A stretch of 64,000 nt of DNA from contig JAWLHK010000021.1 of assembly GCA_041690355.1 (NCBI GenBank), forward strand, positions 1-64,000, written 5' to 3'. Numbering within the stretch: the stretch's first letter is position 1; every line of letters starts with the position of its first letter. Positions 1-13,444 of this stretch are shown in pieces. The notes under the pieces were generated by a model. It was given only the letters and a program-made list of their open reading frames with translations, was not told where the DNA came from and did no database searches. Origin of the DNA: a bacterium. GTDB lineage: Bacteria > J088 > JAWLBW01. The translations under genes and the position numbers were made by a program.

Positions 1-185
1 CCCACGCCCACAAGCCGATCTGCCTCGTCGCGGAACCGGCCGGGACACGACTCGATGGCGTAGTAGACGCCGTCGGGAAACACGGCGATGGGGGTGTCGT
101 CGGCCCGCAGCGGGGCCCCGGCGGGCCGCAGGATCCCCGCAAGCACGAAAGCGACCAGCGATGCGGTGACGGCGGCGCGCGGCAT
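1..185 (-). CDS. Hypothetical secreted protein, N-terminal part only; the gene runs off the window start
   Basis: ATG at 185 on the minus strand gives MPRAAVTASLVAFVLAGILRPAGAPLRADD..., a signal-peptide-like N-terminus. The frame stays open to position 1. Confidence 0.3.
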   Translation of the reverse strand, partial: MPRAAVTASLVAFVLAGILRPAGAPLRADDTPIAVFPDGVYYAIESCPGRFRDEADRLVGV

Positions 186-224
186 GGCCGTTACTGTATC
201 ACATTGGTCCGGGGGCTGCTCCGC

Positions 225-1424
225 TCACGCGAAGGGGAGCCCGTACTGCTGGGCGCCCGCAGAGACGACCGGCGCCGCACCGCGCGAGACCTCGCCGTGG
301 CGGTCGGGCAGCACGAGCGTGAACGTCGAGCCCACGCCGGGGGTGCTCGATGCGTCAATCGTTCCGCCGAGCCGCTGCACGATGCGTCCGGCGAGCGCCA
401 GCCCGATGCCGGTGCCGCCGACGGCCCGGGTCATGGACCCGTCACCCTGCCAGAAGGCGTCGAAGACGAGGGGAAGGTCGGATTGGGCGATGCCGCGCCC
501 CGTATCTGAGACGGTGATCTGCAGCCGTTCGGCGTCGATGCGCCTGGCGCCGACCGAGATGCTCCCCCGGTCGGTGAACTTCACGGCGTTTTCGAGCAGG
601 CACCGCAGGGCCTCCTGCAGCAGGCGCCGATCGGTCCAGGCGCCGACGGCGGCGGGCACGCCCAGGTACAGTTCGAGCCCCTTCGCCTCGACGAGCGACA
701 CGAAAGGTCGCGCCGCCTCGCGCACGACTTCGGCCAGATCGACCTTGGCGATGACCGCGCTCGAGCGATCGGCCTGCAGTTTGGCGAGCAGGATGAGCCG
801 GTTCAGCAGGCTCAGAAGCCGTTCGCCGTTATCGCGGATGCGTCCGACGCACTCTTCCTGCTTGGGCGAGAGCTGGTTGCGATCGAGCAGGATCTCAGAG
901 AACCCCAGGATCGCCGTCAGCGGCGTGCGCAGCTCGTGGCTGAGGTTCGAAAGAAACTCTTCCTTCAACCGTTCGGCATGCCGCGCCTGATCGGCGAGCA
1001 CGGCCACCCTGCGTTCGAGGTCGAGAATGCGGGCGTGGTCGGCGAGCGCGGCCGCGGCGATGCGCATCCGGCCGCTCAACTGGCGAAGCTGGTCGAGCAC
1101 CGACGCAACCGGCGCTTCGGCAAAGCAGACGCGCAGCCAACCGGCCGCGGAACCGCCGGCACCGATGGCGAAGCTCCAGACGCCGGCATGCTCGCCGACG
1201 CCGGCATGCTCGGCATCAGCGGCGGGCAGAGACTCCTCGACGTACGGAGCCAGCGGCGCGCCGCTGCGCGCCACGACCTCCTGCGTCGCCCCCCGTTGCA
1301 GCAGGACTTCAAAGGACGCCAGGCCCCAGAGTTCACACAGCTCGTTGCCGAGCGCATGCAACTCTTCAGGCGTGCGAATCGCGGCGACACGCTCCCAGAG
1401 AGAGTCAGAAGTTGGCTGCCACAT
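225..1424 (-). CDS. Sensor histidine kinase, cytoplasmic, with an N-terminal GAF-like region
   Basis: 399-aa ORF. H-box FLSNLSHELRTPLTAILGFSEIL and an HATPase_c region (DTGRGI, GGTGIGLA). Confidence 0.8.
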   Translation of the reverse strand: MWQPTSDSLWERVAAIRTPEELHALGNELCELWGLASFEVLLQRGATQEVVARSGAPLAPYVEESLPAADAEHAGVGEHAGVWSFAIGAGGSAAGWLRVCFAEAPVASVLDQLRQLSGRMRIAAAALADHARILDLERRVAVLADQARHAERLKEEFLSNLSHELRTPLTAILGFSEILLDRNQLSPKQEECVGRIRDNGERLLSLLNRLILLAKLQADRSSAVIAKVDLAEVVREAARPFVSLVEAKGLELYLGVPAAVGAWTDRRLLQEALRCLLENAVKFTDRGSISVGARRIDAERLQITVSDTGRGIAQSDLPLVFDAFWQGDGSMTRAVGGTGIGLALAGRIVQRLGGTIDASSTPGVGSTFTLVLPDRHGEVSRGAAPVVSAGAQQYGLPFA

Positions 1425-1629
1425 CGGGAAATCCGTACCCCAAAAACGGGAACCCGGTTGTTATACCGCCAACCGGAATCTCTGTCAATGCACCGACTTC
1501 TTCCCCCTTGGCAAGAACATCCCGAACTACCCTCCCCCCGTTCTGCGGCCCCCCGTCGACCGGAGCCGTCTGCCCCGCGCGGGATGCCGGCCACGGCCGG
1601 GATGTGGTACTTTGAACCTTTTTCCGGCC

Positions 1630-3560
<1,931 letters not shown>

Positions 3561-3561
<1 letters not shown>

Positions 3562-3980
3562 CGATTTACGATTGACGATTGACGAGTTACAGACACGACG
3601 ACTCCGTGCCACTCGTCACTCGGACAAGCGCCGAGCGCCAAGCACTGAGCGCTGAGCAAACAAGAGACCGTGATGGCCGAGGCTCACCTGTGAAGTGCCC
3701 CCATCGGGGGAACCCTTGCTGCAAACGCATCCATGATGGCGGGGGAAAATTCCGTCACTCGTCACTGGACAAGCGCCGAGCGCCAGGCACTGAGCGCTGA
3801 GAAAACGAGCCAACAAGAACGTGGCGTTCCTTGCCCTTGCCGGAAAACTCGTCACTCGTCACGGGATTTGACGATTGACGATTTACGATTTTCAGGCACG
3901 ACGGTCACTCGACCAACGGTCCGGTCACTTGCCGGCAAATCGCAAATCGCAAATCGTAAATCGTAAATTGTAAATTGTAA
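3561..3980. repeat. Composite intergenic repeat element. Heptamer arrays (GACGATT x4 at the left; AAATCGC/AAATCGT/AAATTGT x7 at the right, in inverted orientation) flank two copies of a ~65-bp unit: ACTCGTCACTSG-GACAAGCGCCGAGCGCCARGCACTGAGCGCTGAG.AAAC.AG
   Basis: Read directly at 3565-3600, 3600-3665, 3755-3830 and 3856-3975. It sits between two convergent gene ends. Confidence 0.85.
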
Positions 3981-3981
3981 A

Positions 3982-4659
3982 TCAGGCTGCGCCCTGGTCG
4001 CGCAGGAAGCGGCGCAGCACCGCGGCCCCCTCGCCGTTGAAGCTCACGAACTTGAGCCCCACCTGGTAGCCGTCACCCGACTGCAGGATGCGCGTGACCT
4101 CGGCCTTGCAGATGACCGGCGCCGACTCTTCGCTGACCTGCATCTTGAGCCAGAGCGCGAAGCCCGCCTCGAAATCGCAGCTCGCCATGCGCATGCGCAT
4201 GCCCGTGGCGCTGATGTCGAGCGACTCGCCGCGCAGCTCGCCCGCGTTCGACGCCCCGTCGATCTTGATGCGGATGGGTACGCGCACCGCCTTGCGCAGG
4301 TTCGTATGGAGCAGCCCCGCGAGCAGCGCCTCGAGATCTTCGACCTTCACCGGCTTGGCGAGCACGTGATCGGCCCCGGCGCTGCGCGCCCGCTCGATCA
4401 TCCACTCGTCGTCTTCGACCAGCAGCACGAGCACCGTCCCCTTCGCCGCCGGATCGGCCTTGAGGTCCCGGGCGACTTCGTCGCCGGCGATGTCGGGGAG
4501 CGCGATGTCGAGCACGGCCACCTCGGGGTGATCGAAGCGCACCGCGTTGGCGGCGGCGATGGCCGAGGTCACGCCGCGCACCTGGAAGGTGCTGCGGGCA
4601 AGCAGGTTCTGACGTAACGCCGCGACGTCCGGGTCGATGGTGGCCAGCAGTATCTTCAA
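3982..4659 (-). CDS. Response regulator receiver fused to a PilZ (c-di-GMP binding) domain
   Basis: REC domain at the N-terminus (VLDIALPDIAGDE, KP). The C-terminus carries the PilZ motifs RKAVRVPIR and DISATG. The ATG overlaps the serB stop (ATGA). Confidence 0.75.
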   Translation of the reverse strand: MKILLATIDPDVAALRQNLLARSTFQVRGVTSAIAAANAVRFDHPEVAVLDIALPDIAGDEVARDLKADPAAKGTVLVLLVEDDEWMIERARSAGADHVLAKPVKVEDLEALLAGLLHTNLRKAVRVPIRIKIDGASNAGELRGESLDISATGMRMRMASCDFEAGFALWLKMQVSEESAPVICKAEVTRILQSGDGYQVGLKFVSFNGEGAAVLRRFLRDQGAA

Positions 4660-5858
4660 CTCGTCGCCGTCCCCTGTGTCAGCTCGTCGATATCACGCTG
4701 GTTGATACCGAGCAGGTACAGAATGCTGTCCAGGCTGCCGGTGATGGTGCCGTCGGCTTCTTCGCGCACCCGTCGTTTGGCGTTGAAGGCAATCCCGAGT
4801 CCGGCCCGGGAGAGCATCTTGAGATCGTTGGCGCCGTCGCCGATGGCGATCACCTGATCCAGGCCGATCCCCTCGCGGCGGGCGATGTCTTCGAGAAGTT
4901 CGGCCTTCACGTCGGCGTCGATGATGCGGCCGCGCACGTTGCCGGTCAGGCGTCCGCCCTCGATCTCGAGCTCGTTGGCGAAGGCGTAGTCGAGGTCGAG
5001 ACGCTTCTGGATGCCGTCGGTGAAGAAACGGAATCCGCCCGAAATGACCGCCGTCGTGTAGCCGAGGCGGTGCAGGACGCTCACCAGGGTCTCGGCCCCC
5101 GGGGTGAGCGAGATGCCGGCCGCCACCTGGGCGAGCACGTCGGCAGGGAGTCCCTTCAGCGTCGACACCCGCTCGCGCAGCGAGGCCTTGAAGTCGAGCT
5201 CGCCGCGCATGGCCCGCTCCGTAATCGCCGAAACCTGCTCCTTCTTGCCGGCGGCGGCGGCCAGCTCGTCAATGACTTCGCAGGTGATGAGGGTCGAATC
5301 CATGTCCATGACGACGAGCCGCTTCGAGCGGCGGAAGATGGATTCGCGCTGCACGGCGACGTCGATGCCGAAGCGTTCGTTGGCTTCGAGCAGCATCCCC
5401 TTGAGCTGGCGCGGTTCGATCTCGCTCCAGTTCGAAACGACCAGTTCGACGGTGGTGAGCGCCCCTTCGGTCAGGCGCTGAATCTTTTCGATGTTCACGC
5501 CCGCCGACGCGATCACGCCGGCGACCCCCTGCATGGCGGCGGCCGTCATGTTCGCCCCCATGAGCGTCACGACATAACGGTGACGCTGGCGATGGCGCTT
5601 GTGCTCTTCGAGGGTCAGCTGCTTCGACTCGAAGACGAGCTCGTGGGCGTGGGCGACCTGTCGCAGCTCTTCGAGCACGCCGGCGGTATCTACCCGGGGG
5701 GCGACTTCGAAGAGAAAGGCGAGAATGAGCAGGTTGTGGATGACGACCTGTTCGACGTCGACGAGCACGGCGTCGTAACGCGCGAGCACCGCCGTCAGGT
5801 CCCGCGTGATGCCGGGGGTGTCATGGCCGCGAACGGTAATGAGAATGTGCTGAGACAA
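4656..5858 (-). CDS. serB: Phosphoserine phosphatase SerB with N-terminal ACT-like domains
   Basis: HAD motifs VVMDMDSTLI, IAIGDGANDL and GLGIAFNAK. The 400-aa length is typical of long-form SerB. Confidence 0.85.
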   Translation of the reverse strand: MSQHILITVRGHDTPGITRDLTAVLARYDAVLVDVEQVVIHNLLILAFLFEVAPRVDTAGVLEELRQVAHAHELVFESKQLTLEEHKRHRQRHRYVVTLMGANMTAAAMQGVAGVIASAGVNIEKIQRLTEGALTTVELVVSNWSEIEPRQLKGMLLEANERFGIDVAVQRESIFRRSKRLVVMDMDSTLITCEVIDELAAAAGKKEQVSAITERAMRGELDFKASLRERVSTLKGLPADVLAQVAAGISLTPGAETLVSVLHRLGYTTAVISGGFRFFTDGIQKRLDLDYAFANELEIEGGRLTGNVRGRIIDADVKAELLEDIARREGIGLDQVIAIGDGANDLKMLSRAGLGIAFNAKRRVREEADGTITGSLDSILYLLGINQRDIDELTQGTATS

Positions 5859-5980
5859 GCAGAAAATACCGGATGCGTAGCAGAAAACGTTCAGTGTACC
5901 ACTCCCTCGAATCCCGTCCAGTTGCGCCGCAGCGCTCCACTCGTCGCCTTCTCGCCTATGGGGTATGATGTGGAACCTCT

Positions 5981-7792
5981 ATGAATCGCATCCTGGACTC
6001 CGACTGGTGGCGGCGCCTCCTGTACGAGCGCACCGCGATCTTTCTCGCCATTCCCCTCGTCGGGAATCTGACGCTCTTCGGGCTCGACTGGCTGGCCCAG
6101 CCCGAGCGCTTTGCCGCGCTGGCCCGCTGGCGCATCGGGATTGAGGTTGGCCTTCTGGCCGCTCTGGCCCTGCGCAGCCGCCCCTTCGGCCGACGGCGCC
6201 CCGAGTGGGTGGTCGCGCTGGGGGTGCTCTCGCTCACCCTGCCCCTCGTCTTCATGACCCGGCTGCAAGGAGGATTCACGGGCAGCTACGTGTGGGGCAT
6301 CTCGCTGACGCTGGTCGGGGCCGCCGTCATGGTGCCCATGTCGTGGCGCCGCCATGCCGCGCTGCAGGCAGTCAGCGTGACCGCCTACCTCGGCGTGAAT
6401 GCGGAAAGCGTCGACGTCGCCGCCCAGTTCAGCGCCATGGTCAGCAACCTTTTCGCCCTCTCGTGGTTCTGCGTCGTCGCCGCCCTCGGCGTCTTCTATC
6501 AGGAACAGCTGTTGCTGCGCGAGCGCACCGCCCTGAACGCCGTCGAGAGCCTCAACCGCCGCCTGCTCGCCCACGACGCCGAGAAGGACCGCTTTCTTGC
6601 CAACGTCAGCCACGAGCTGCGCACCCCGCTCACGGTCGTGCTCACTACCTTTCGCACGCTGGCGCGCCGCAGCGACGCGGCCGGGTTCGGCCGCGAGCTG
6701 GTCGCCGGCTCGCGCAGCGCGGGGCGCCTCGCCCTGCTCATCAACGAGATGCTCGACATGACCCGCTTCGCGCGCGACGAAGCGGCCCTCGACCGGCGCT
6801 CGACCGATCTCGTCGCCCTGGCCCGCGATCTCGTCGGCTATTTCCAGCGCGCCCGCCTGCGCCGCGTCATCACCCTCGCCTCGCCGGTCGACAACCTGCT
6901 GGCCGAGGTCGACGCCGAGCAGGTGCGCAAGGTCCTGCTGCACCTGCTCATGCACGCGGTCAAGTATACGGAACCCGAGGCGGGCGACATCCGCGTCGAG
7001 CTGCACGACGAGGGGGCCGAGGTGCGCCTGCGGGTCCGCGACAATGGCCTCGGCCTGCCCGACGACCGGCTGCAGTCGGTGTTTCTCCGCTTTCTCCGCG
7101 ACCGGAATTCCCCCGGTACCGGCAACGGCGAGACGGCGCGCCCCCCGGCCGGGCCGGCCGCCCACGACGGGGGCGACGAAGACATCGGCCTCGGGCTCGC
7201 GCTCGCCCAGGAAATCGTGCGCCTGCATGGCGGTCGCATCCAGCTGGCCAGCGCCCCCGGCCAGGGGTGCACCTTCGATGTGCTGCTCCCGAAAGGCAAT
7301 CCCCGGGCGGCCCCCGAAGGCGATCCGCAGGTGCGCGACACGCTGGGCGAAATCCTCCCCGCCCTGCTTGATCCGCTCGCGCCCGAGCCGGGGATGGAAT
7401 CGCTGGCCGACGCCGACGACCGCCCCACCGTGCTCGTCGTCGAAGACGAGCCCGACATCCGCCGCTACCTCGAGGTCATCCTGCGCGACCGCTTTCGCGT
7501 GGTCGTCGCCGAAGACGGCCTGGCCGGCCTCAAGATCGCCGTCGTCGCCCGTCCCTGCCTGATCATCCTCGACGAGCGCATGCCGCGCATGAACGGCACC
7601 GAGCTCACGCAGCGCATCCGCGAAGACGTCCTGCTGCGCCGGACGCCGATCGTCATGCTCACGGCCTACGCCGACGCCGAGACCGAGCGCCGGGCCCATG
7701 CCGCGGGGGTCGACGCCTTTCTGACCAAACCCTTCGCCGATCACGCCCTGCACCGCGAGATCGACCGGCTCCTCCCTCGCGAAGCGGTCTGA
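5981..7792 (+). CDS. Hybrid sensor histidine kinase: membrane N-terminus, HisKA, HATPase and a C-terminal receiver
   Basis: Several hydrophobic segments at the N-terminus. H-box ANVSHELRTPLTVV, G-box GLGLALAQ and a C-terminal REC domain (VLVVEDEPDIRRYL, ILDERMPRMNG, TKP). Confidence 0.85.
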   Translation: MNRILDSDWWRRLLYERTAIFLAIPLVGNLTLFGLDWLAQPERFAALARWRIGIEVGLLAALALRSRPFGRRRPEWVVALGVLSLTLPLVFMTRLQGGFTGSYVWGISLTLVGAAVMVPMSWRRHAALQAVSVTAYLGVNAESVDVAAQFSAMVSNLFALSWFCVVAALGVFYQEQLLLRERTALNAVESLNRRLLAHDAEKDRFLANVSHELRTPLTVVLTTFRTLARRSDAAGFGRELVAGSRSAGRLALLINEMLDMTRFARDEAALDRRSTDLVALARDLVGYFQRARLRRVITLASPVDNLLAEVDAEQVRKVLLHLLMHAVKYTEPEAGDIRVELHDEGAEVRLRVRDNGLGLPDDRLQSVFLRFLRDRNSPGTGNGETARPPAGPAAHDGGDEDIGLGLALAQEIVRLHGGRIQLASAPGQGCTFDVLLPKGNPRAAPEGDPQVRDTLGEILPALLDPLAPEPGMESLADADDRPTVLVVEDEPDIRRYLEVILRDRFRVVVAEDGLAGLKIAVVARPCLIILDERMPRMNGTELTQRIREDVLLRRTPIVMLTAYADAETERRAHAAGVDAFLTKPFADHALHREIDRLLPREAV

Positions 7793-7876
7793 CACCCCTT
7801 GCACCCCGGCCAACCGGCCTTATATTGAAAGGGGCCCCCAGACCGGGGAATTTCAGAAAAAAAGGGGCGCGCAACG

Positions 7877-7911
7877 CTTGCATTTTCGGCGCGACGCGTT
7901 ATACTCACCCT
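7877..7911 (+). promoter_or_regulatory. Sigma70-like promoter for groESL (TTGCAT, 16-bp spacer, TATACT)
   Basis: The sequence cttgcattttcggcgcgacgcgttatactc lies immediately upstream of the CIRCE operator. Confidence 0.55.
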
Positions 7912-7915
7912 TAAG

Positions 7916-7941
7916 TAGCACTCACGTCGAGTGAGTGCTAA
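7916..7941 (+). promoter_or_regulatory. CIRCE operator (HrcA binding site) upstream of groES
   Basis: TAGCACTC-N9-GAGTGCTAA inverted repeat (tagcactcacgtcgagtgagtgctaa). It matches the CIRCE consensus TTAGCACTC-N9-GAGTGCTAA. Confidence 0.9.
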
Positions 7942-8014
7942 CAAGCCGCCCGGGCCCCCCGGGCATCACGACTGTAAACCCGTTTCTCTACAGAAACCAG
8001 GAGGTTCGTTCACT

Positions 8015-8320
8015 ATGGCAGTTGCCAAGGATCTCAAGGTCAAGCCGCTTCACGACCGCGTGCTCGTGTCGCGCGTCGCAGAAGAGTCCAAGACCAAAGG
8101 TGGCATCATCATCCCCGACACGGCCAAGGAGAAGCCGCAGGAAGGCAAGGTCGTCGCCGTGGGTGACGGTCGCGTGCTCGACAGCGGTCAGAAGGCTCCC
8201 CTCGCCGTCAAGGCCGGCGATCGCATCCTGTTCGGGAAGTATTCGGGCACCGAAATCAAGCTCGGCGGCGAAGAATACCTGATCATGCGCGAAGAAGACA
8301 TTCTGGCTATCGTCGGATAA
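8015..8320 (+). CDS. groES: Co-chaperonin GroES
   Basis: [18 protein letters not shown]...GDGRVL...[24 protein letters not shown] at 7998-8003. The ORF-track start at 7931 is an N-terminal over-extension. Confidence 0.95.
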   Translation: MAVAKDLKVKPLHDRVLVSRVAEESKTKGGIIIPDTAKEKPQEGKVVAVGDGRVLDSGQKAPLAVKAGDRILFGKYSGTEIKLGGEEYLIMREEDILAIVG

Positions 8321-9994
<1,674 letters not shown>

Positions 9995-10014
9995 GCGGCC
10001 TTTTCCGCTCGAAA

Positions 10015-10056
10015 CTCGAAGCCCCGGGGGTCGCCCCCCGGGGCTTTTTTCGTTTC
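10015..10056 (+). terminator. Rho-independent terminator after groEL
   Basis: GC hairpin gccccgggggtcgccccccggggc followed by a T-run (ttttttcgttt). Confidence 0.85.
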
Positions 10057-10299
10057 CGCGCGCAGAACGCCTGTACCGTTCTGCAACGCCCCGGCGCCCG
10101 AAACGCCATGCGCCCCGCGCGCCCGCGGGCCGGTGTGTCTTCTCGTTACAACCCGCCCCGATTATCGCTGTGCCGCCGCCGCACGCTGCCCTCCTGCCCC
10201 CCTCCGGGCCGCTGTCCGTGCGGTTGAGCCCAAAAATTACGATAGCAATCCGGGCATCGATCGGCTATGCTGTAAGGCGACTCCGAATACGGCCACTCC

Positions 10300-11376
10300 A
10301 TGGAACAATCCGCGGAACAATCCGCCTCGCACATCCTCGTAGTCGACGACGTCGAAATGAACCGCGACGTGCTGATGCGCCGTTTGACCCGGCTCGGCTA
10401 CCGGGTGACGCAGGCCGAACATGGCCGCCAGGCCCTCGAGCTGATGCGCCGGGAGCCCTTCGATCTCGTGCTGCTCGACATCATGATGCCCGAGATGAAC
10501 GGCTACGAGGTGCTCGAAACCCTGAAACAGGATCCGGCCCTGCGCCACGTGCCGGTGATCATGATCTCGGCCATCGACGAAATCGACAGCGTCGTGAAGT
10601 GCATCCAGCTCGGGGCCGAAGATTATCTCGCCAAGCCCTTCAACCCGACCCTGCTCAAGGCCCGCATCGGCGCCTGCCTCGAGAAGAAGCGCCTGCACGA
10701 CCAGGAGCGCTCCTACCTGGCGCAGATTGAAGCCGAAAAGAGCCGGTACGAAGATCTGCTCCACGTCATTCTCCCCTCGGAGATCGTCACCGAGCTCAAG
10801 GAAAGCAATGCCGTGCGCCCGCGCCGGTTCGAAGGGGTCGCGGTCATGTTCTGCGACATCGTCGGCTTCACCAGCTACTGCCAGGAGCACTCCCCCGAAG
10901 AGGTGGTCAGCAACCTGCAGCAGGTGGTCGAGGTCTTCGAAGAGGTGGCGCACCGGTTCGAGCTCGAAAAAATCAAGACCATCGGCGACGCCTTCATGGC
11001 CGCCAGCGGTCTGCTGACCCAGACCCCCGACCCCGTGCTGCGCAGCGTGCAGTGCGCCCTCGAGATGATCAAGGAAGTGCGCGCGCTGCCGGTGGGCTGG
11101 CAGATTCGCGTCGGGGTGCACGTCGGCCCCGTGCTGGCCGGCGTCATCGGCCGCCGCAAGTACCTCTTCGACCTCTGGGGCGACACGGTCAACGCGGCGG
11201 CGCGCCTCGAAAGCCACGGCGTGCCCGGCTACGTGAACCTCAGCCGCGAGGCCTGGGAGCACGTGGCCGATCGCTGCATCGGCGCTTCACGGGGAACGCT
11301 TGCGGTGAAGGGGATCGGCGAGATGGAGATGTTCAAGGTCGAAGGGATCAAGCCGGCGCCGACTGCCCCGGTGTGA
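10300..11376 (+). CDS. Response regulator receiver fused to a class III adenylate/guanylate cyclase domain
   Basis: N-terminal REC domain (ILVVDDVEMNRD, LLDIMMPEMNG, AKP). C-terminal CYCc motifs (VAVMFCDIVGFT, KTIGDAFMAASG, GDTVNAAARLES). Its 3' end overlaps the convergent CheY-like gene by 29 nt. Confidence 0.85.
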   Translation: MEQSAEQSASHILVVDDVEMNRDVLMRRLTRLGYRVTQAEHGRQALELMRREPFDLVLLDIMMPEMNGYEVLETLKQDPALRHVPVIMISAIDEIDSVVKCIQLGAEDYLAKPFNPTLLKARIGACLEKKRLHDQERSYLAQIEAEKSRYEDLLHVILPSEIVTELKESNAVRPRRFEGVAVMFCDIVGFTSYCQEHSPEEVVSNLQQVVEVFEEVAHRFELEKIKTIGDAFMAASGLLTQTPDPVLRSVQCALEMIKEVRALPVGWQIRVGVHVGPVLAGVIGRRKYLFDLWGDTVNAAARLESHGVPGYVNLSREAWEHVADRCIGASRGTLAVKGIGEMEMFKVEGIKPAPTAPV

Positions 11377-11731
11377 GCAGCGCCTCGATCTTGTCCACGA
11401 GCCGCTTGAAATCGACCGGCTTCGTGTCGTAGTCGTCGCACCCTGCCGCCAGCGTCTTCTCCCGGTCACCCGACATGGCATGCGCCGTGAGCGCGATGAT
11501 GGGGATCGGGTTGAGCTCCGGCTGCGCCTTGATGCGCCGCGTCGCCTCCCAGCCGTCGATGACGGGCAGGTCCATATCCATCAGAATCAGGGCCGGACGA
11601 AGTTCTCCGGCCATGCGCACCCCCTCGCCACCGTCGACTGCCATCGCGACGTCAAACCCTTTGCGCTGCAGGCGCCGCGACAGCATGTCGCGGTTGGCCT
11701 CATTGTCTTCTACGAGGAGAATCAGGGGCAT
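11348..11731 (-). CDS. Single-domain CheY-like response regulator
   Basis: 127 aa. LILLVEDNEANRD, ILMDMDLPVIDG and TKP. Confidence 0.85.
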   Translation of the reverse strand: MPLILLVEDNEANRDMLSRRLQRKGFDVAMAVDGGEGVRMAGELRPALILMDMDLPVIDGWEATRRIKAQPELNPIPIIALTAHAMSGDREKTLAAGCDDYDTKPVDFKRLVDKIEALLTPGQSAPA

Positions 11732-11734
11732 GAA

Positions 11735-13444
11735 TCAGGACTCCACGGTAGGTGCCTGGGACTGCAGAATACGCTTTACCTCGGCGAGCAGTTCTTCACG
11801 TTTGTAGGAACCTTTCTGCATGATGCGCTCGACCGAGCCGCTCAGCCTCAGGCGGTCTTCGGAGGTGAGATCCTTCGCCGTCACGACGACGATGGGCACT
11901 TCGCGCCACTGGAAGTGGCTGCGCAGTTCGCTCACAAAGGTGAAGCCGTCCATCTCGGGCATCATCAGATCGAGCAGGATGAGAGACGGCACCTGCTTCA
12001 CGACCTGCTCGAGGGCCAGCTTTCCGTTGGCGGCCTCGCGCACCGAAAGGCCATCCTTCTCGAGCATCTTGCGCATCATGTCGCGCGTGATGTTGTCGTC
12101 TTCGACGACGAGAATGTCGGTGGAGTCCTGCGAGCGATGCCGCCGGACAATCGCCAGCAGCCGGTCTTTGTCGACAGGCTTGGTGAGGTACTCCGAGACC
12201 CCCAGGGCATAGCCCATTTCCTTGTTGTCGACGATCGTCAGCATGACCACCGGAATGTCGGCGGTCTCCGGGTCGGCTTTCAGGGCGGTCAGCACCGCCC
12301 AGCCGTCCATGCCGGGCATCATGACGTCGAGCGTGATGAGCGCCGGACGCTGTTCGCGCGCAAGGCGCAGCCCTGCCTCGCCGTCGGTGACGAATTCCAC
12401 CGACACCCCCTCTTTCGACAGGTACCGGGTGAGCAGATCGCCCACGGCCGGATCGTCGTCGATGGCGAGCACGAACTGTCCGGGCGCAATGCGCACCGGC
12501 ATGGTCGACTCGGCTTTCGCGCCTTTCTGCACCTGCGCGGGAAGCCGTACGGTAAAGGTCGACCCCTTTTCGTACTCGCTGGCGACCGAAATGTTGCCGC
12601 CCATCATGATGCAGAAGCGCTGGCTGATGGCCAGGCCCAGCCCGGTGCCGCCGTACTTGCGCGTCGTCGAGGAGTCGGCCTGCGTGAATTCCTGAAAGAG
12701 CTTTTCCATCTGCTCCGGCGTCATGCCGATGCCGGAATCGGTCACGCGCATGACGATGAATTCCGGAAGGCCCGCGCGGGCAGGTTCCCGGTCGATCTCG
12801 AGGCGGATCAGCCCCTGCTCGGTGAACTTCGAGGCGTTGCTCAGCAGATTGAACAGGGTCTGCCGGACCTTGGTCAGATCGGCGTGCAGCTCGCCGACTT
12901 TGGGCGGACAGACGACCTCGAGCCGGTTCCCCTTCTTGTCGACCAGGGGCTGGATGGTGGTCACGACGTCCTGCAACATGGTCTCGACGCGGAACGTCTC
13001 GAGATAGAGCTCCATCTTGCCGGCTTCGATCTTCGAGATGTCGAGGATGTCGTTGATGAGCGCGAGCAGATGCTTACCGGCCGAGCTGATCTTGCGCAGA
13101 TCGGGAATCAGCTCTTCGGCGCCGAGGTCCTCGACCTCTTCTTCGAGCATCTCACTGTAGCCGATGATGGCGTTGAGCGGCGTGCGCAGCTCGTGACTCA
13201 TGTTCGCGAGAAAGGCGCTTTTGGCCTGGCTCGCCTGGATGGCGTGATCCCGGGCTTCGGACAACTCAGCCGTGCGATCGTGCACCATCTCTTCGAGGTG
13301 CTCGGCGATCTGCGTGAGCTCCTGATTGACGAGATGGGCCTGATAGGTCTTCTCTTCGGCGATCTTTTCAGCCGCCTTGCGCGCCGCTCGCTCGCGCTCG
13401 AGACGGCGCTTGAGAATTTCGATTTCTTTGCCCTGATCGCTCAT
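11735..13444 (-). CDS. Hybrid histidine kinase with no sensor domain (HisKA, HATPase, two C-terminal receivers); an H-NOX-associated kinase of the HnoK type
   Basis: H-box ANMSHELRTPLNAIIGYSEML and G-boxes GGTGLGLAI. Two REC domains (LAIDDDPAVGD...LDVMMPGMDG and ILVVEDDNITRD...LDLMMPEMDG). The ATG at 13444 overlaps the H-NOX stop (ATGA), so I prefer it to the ORF-track start at 13480. Confidence 0.8.
   Translation of the reverse strand: MSDQGKEIEILKRRLERERAARKAAEKIAEEKTYQAHLVNQELTQIAEHLEEMVHDRTAELSEARDHAIQASQAKSAFLANMSHELRTPLNAIIGYSEMLEEEVEDLGAEELIPDLRKISSAGKHLLALINDILDISKIEAGKMELYLETFRVETMLQDVVTTIQPLVDKKGNRLEVVCPPKVGELHADLTKVRQTLFNLLSNASKFTEQGLIRLEIDREPARAGLPEFIVMRVTDSGIGMTPEQMEKLFQEFTQADSSTTRKYGGTGLGLAISQRFCIMMGGNISVASEYEKGSTFTVRLPAQVQKGAKAESTMPVRIAPGQFVLAIDDDPAVGDLLTRYLSKEGVSVEFVTDGEAGLRLAREQRPALITLDVMMPGMDGWAVLTALKADPETADIPVVMLTIVDNKEMGYALGVSEYLTKPVDKDRLLAIVRRHRSQDSTDILVVEDDNITRDMMRKMLEKDGLSVREAANGKLALEQVVKQVPSLILLDLMMPEMDGFTFVSELRSHFQWREVPIVVVTAKDLTSEDRLRLSGSVERIMQKGSYKREELLAEVKRILQSQAPTVES

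Noticed and set aside
88-990. 300-aa plus-strand ORF overlapping the histidine kinase gene
   Set aside because: It is antisense to a well-supported HK with H-box and ATPase motifs, and its translation has no motifs.
1027-1629. N-terminal 200-aa extension of the ABC-F ORF
   Set aside because: The extension is low-complexity Ala/Arg/Ser-rich and overlaps the divergent HK promoter region. The conserved ABC-F N-terminus begins at the ATG at 1630.
10303-10327. Direct 11-nt duplication ggaacaatccgcggaacaatccgcc at the start of the REC-cyclase gene, considered as a regulatory repeat
   Set aside because: It lies inside the coding sequence and simply encodes EQSAEQSA. It is probably a small in-frame duplication with no obvious regulatory meaning.
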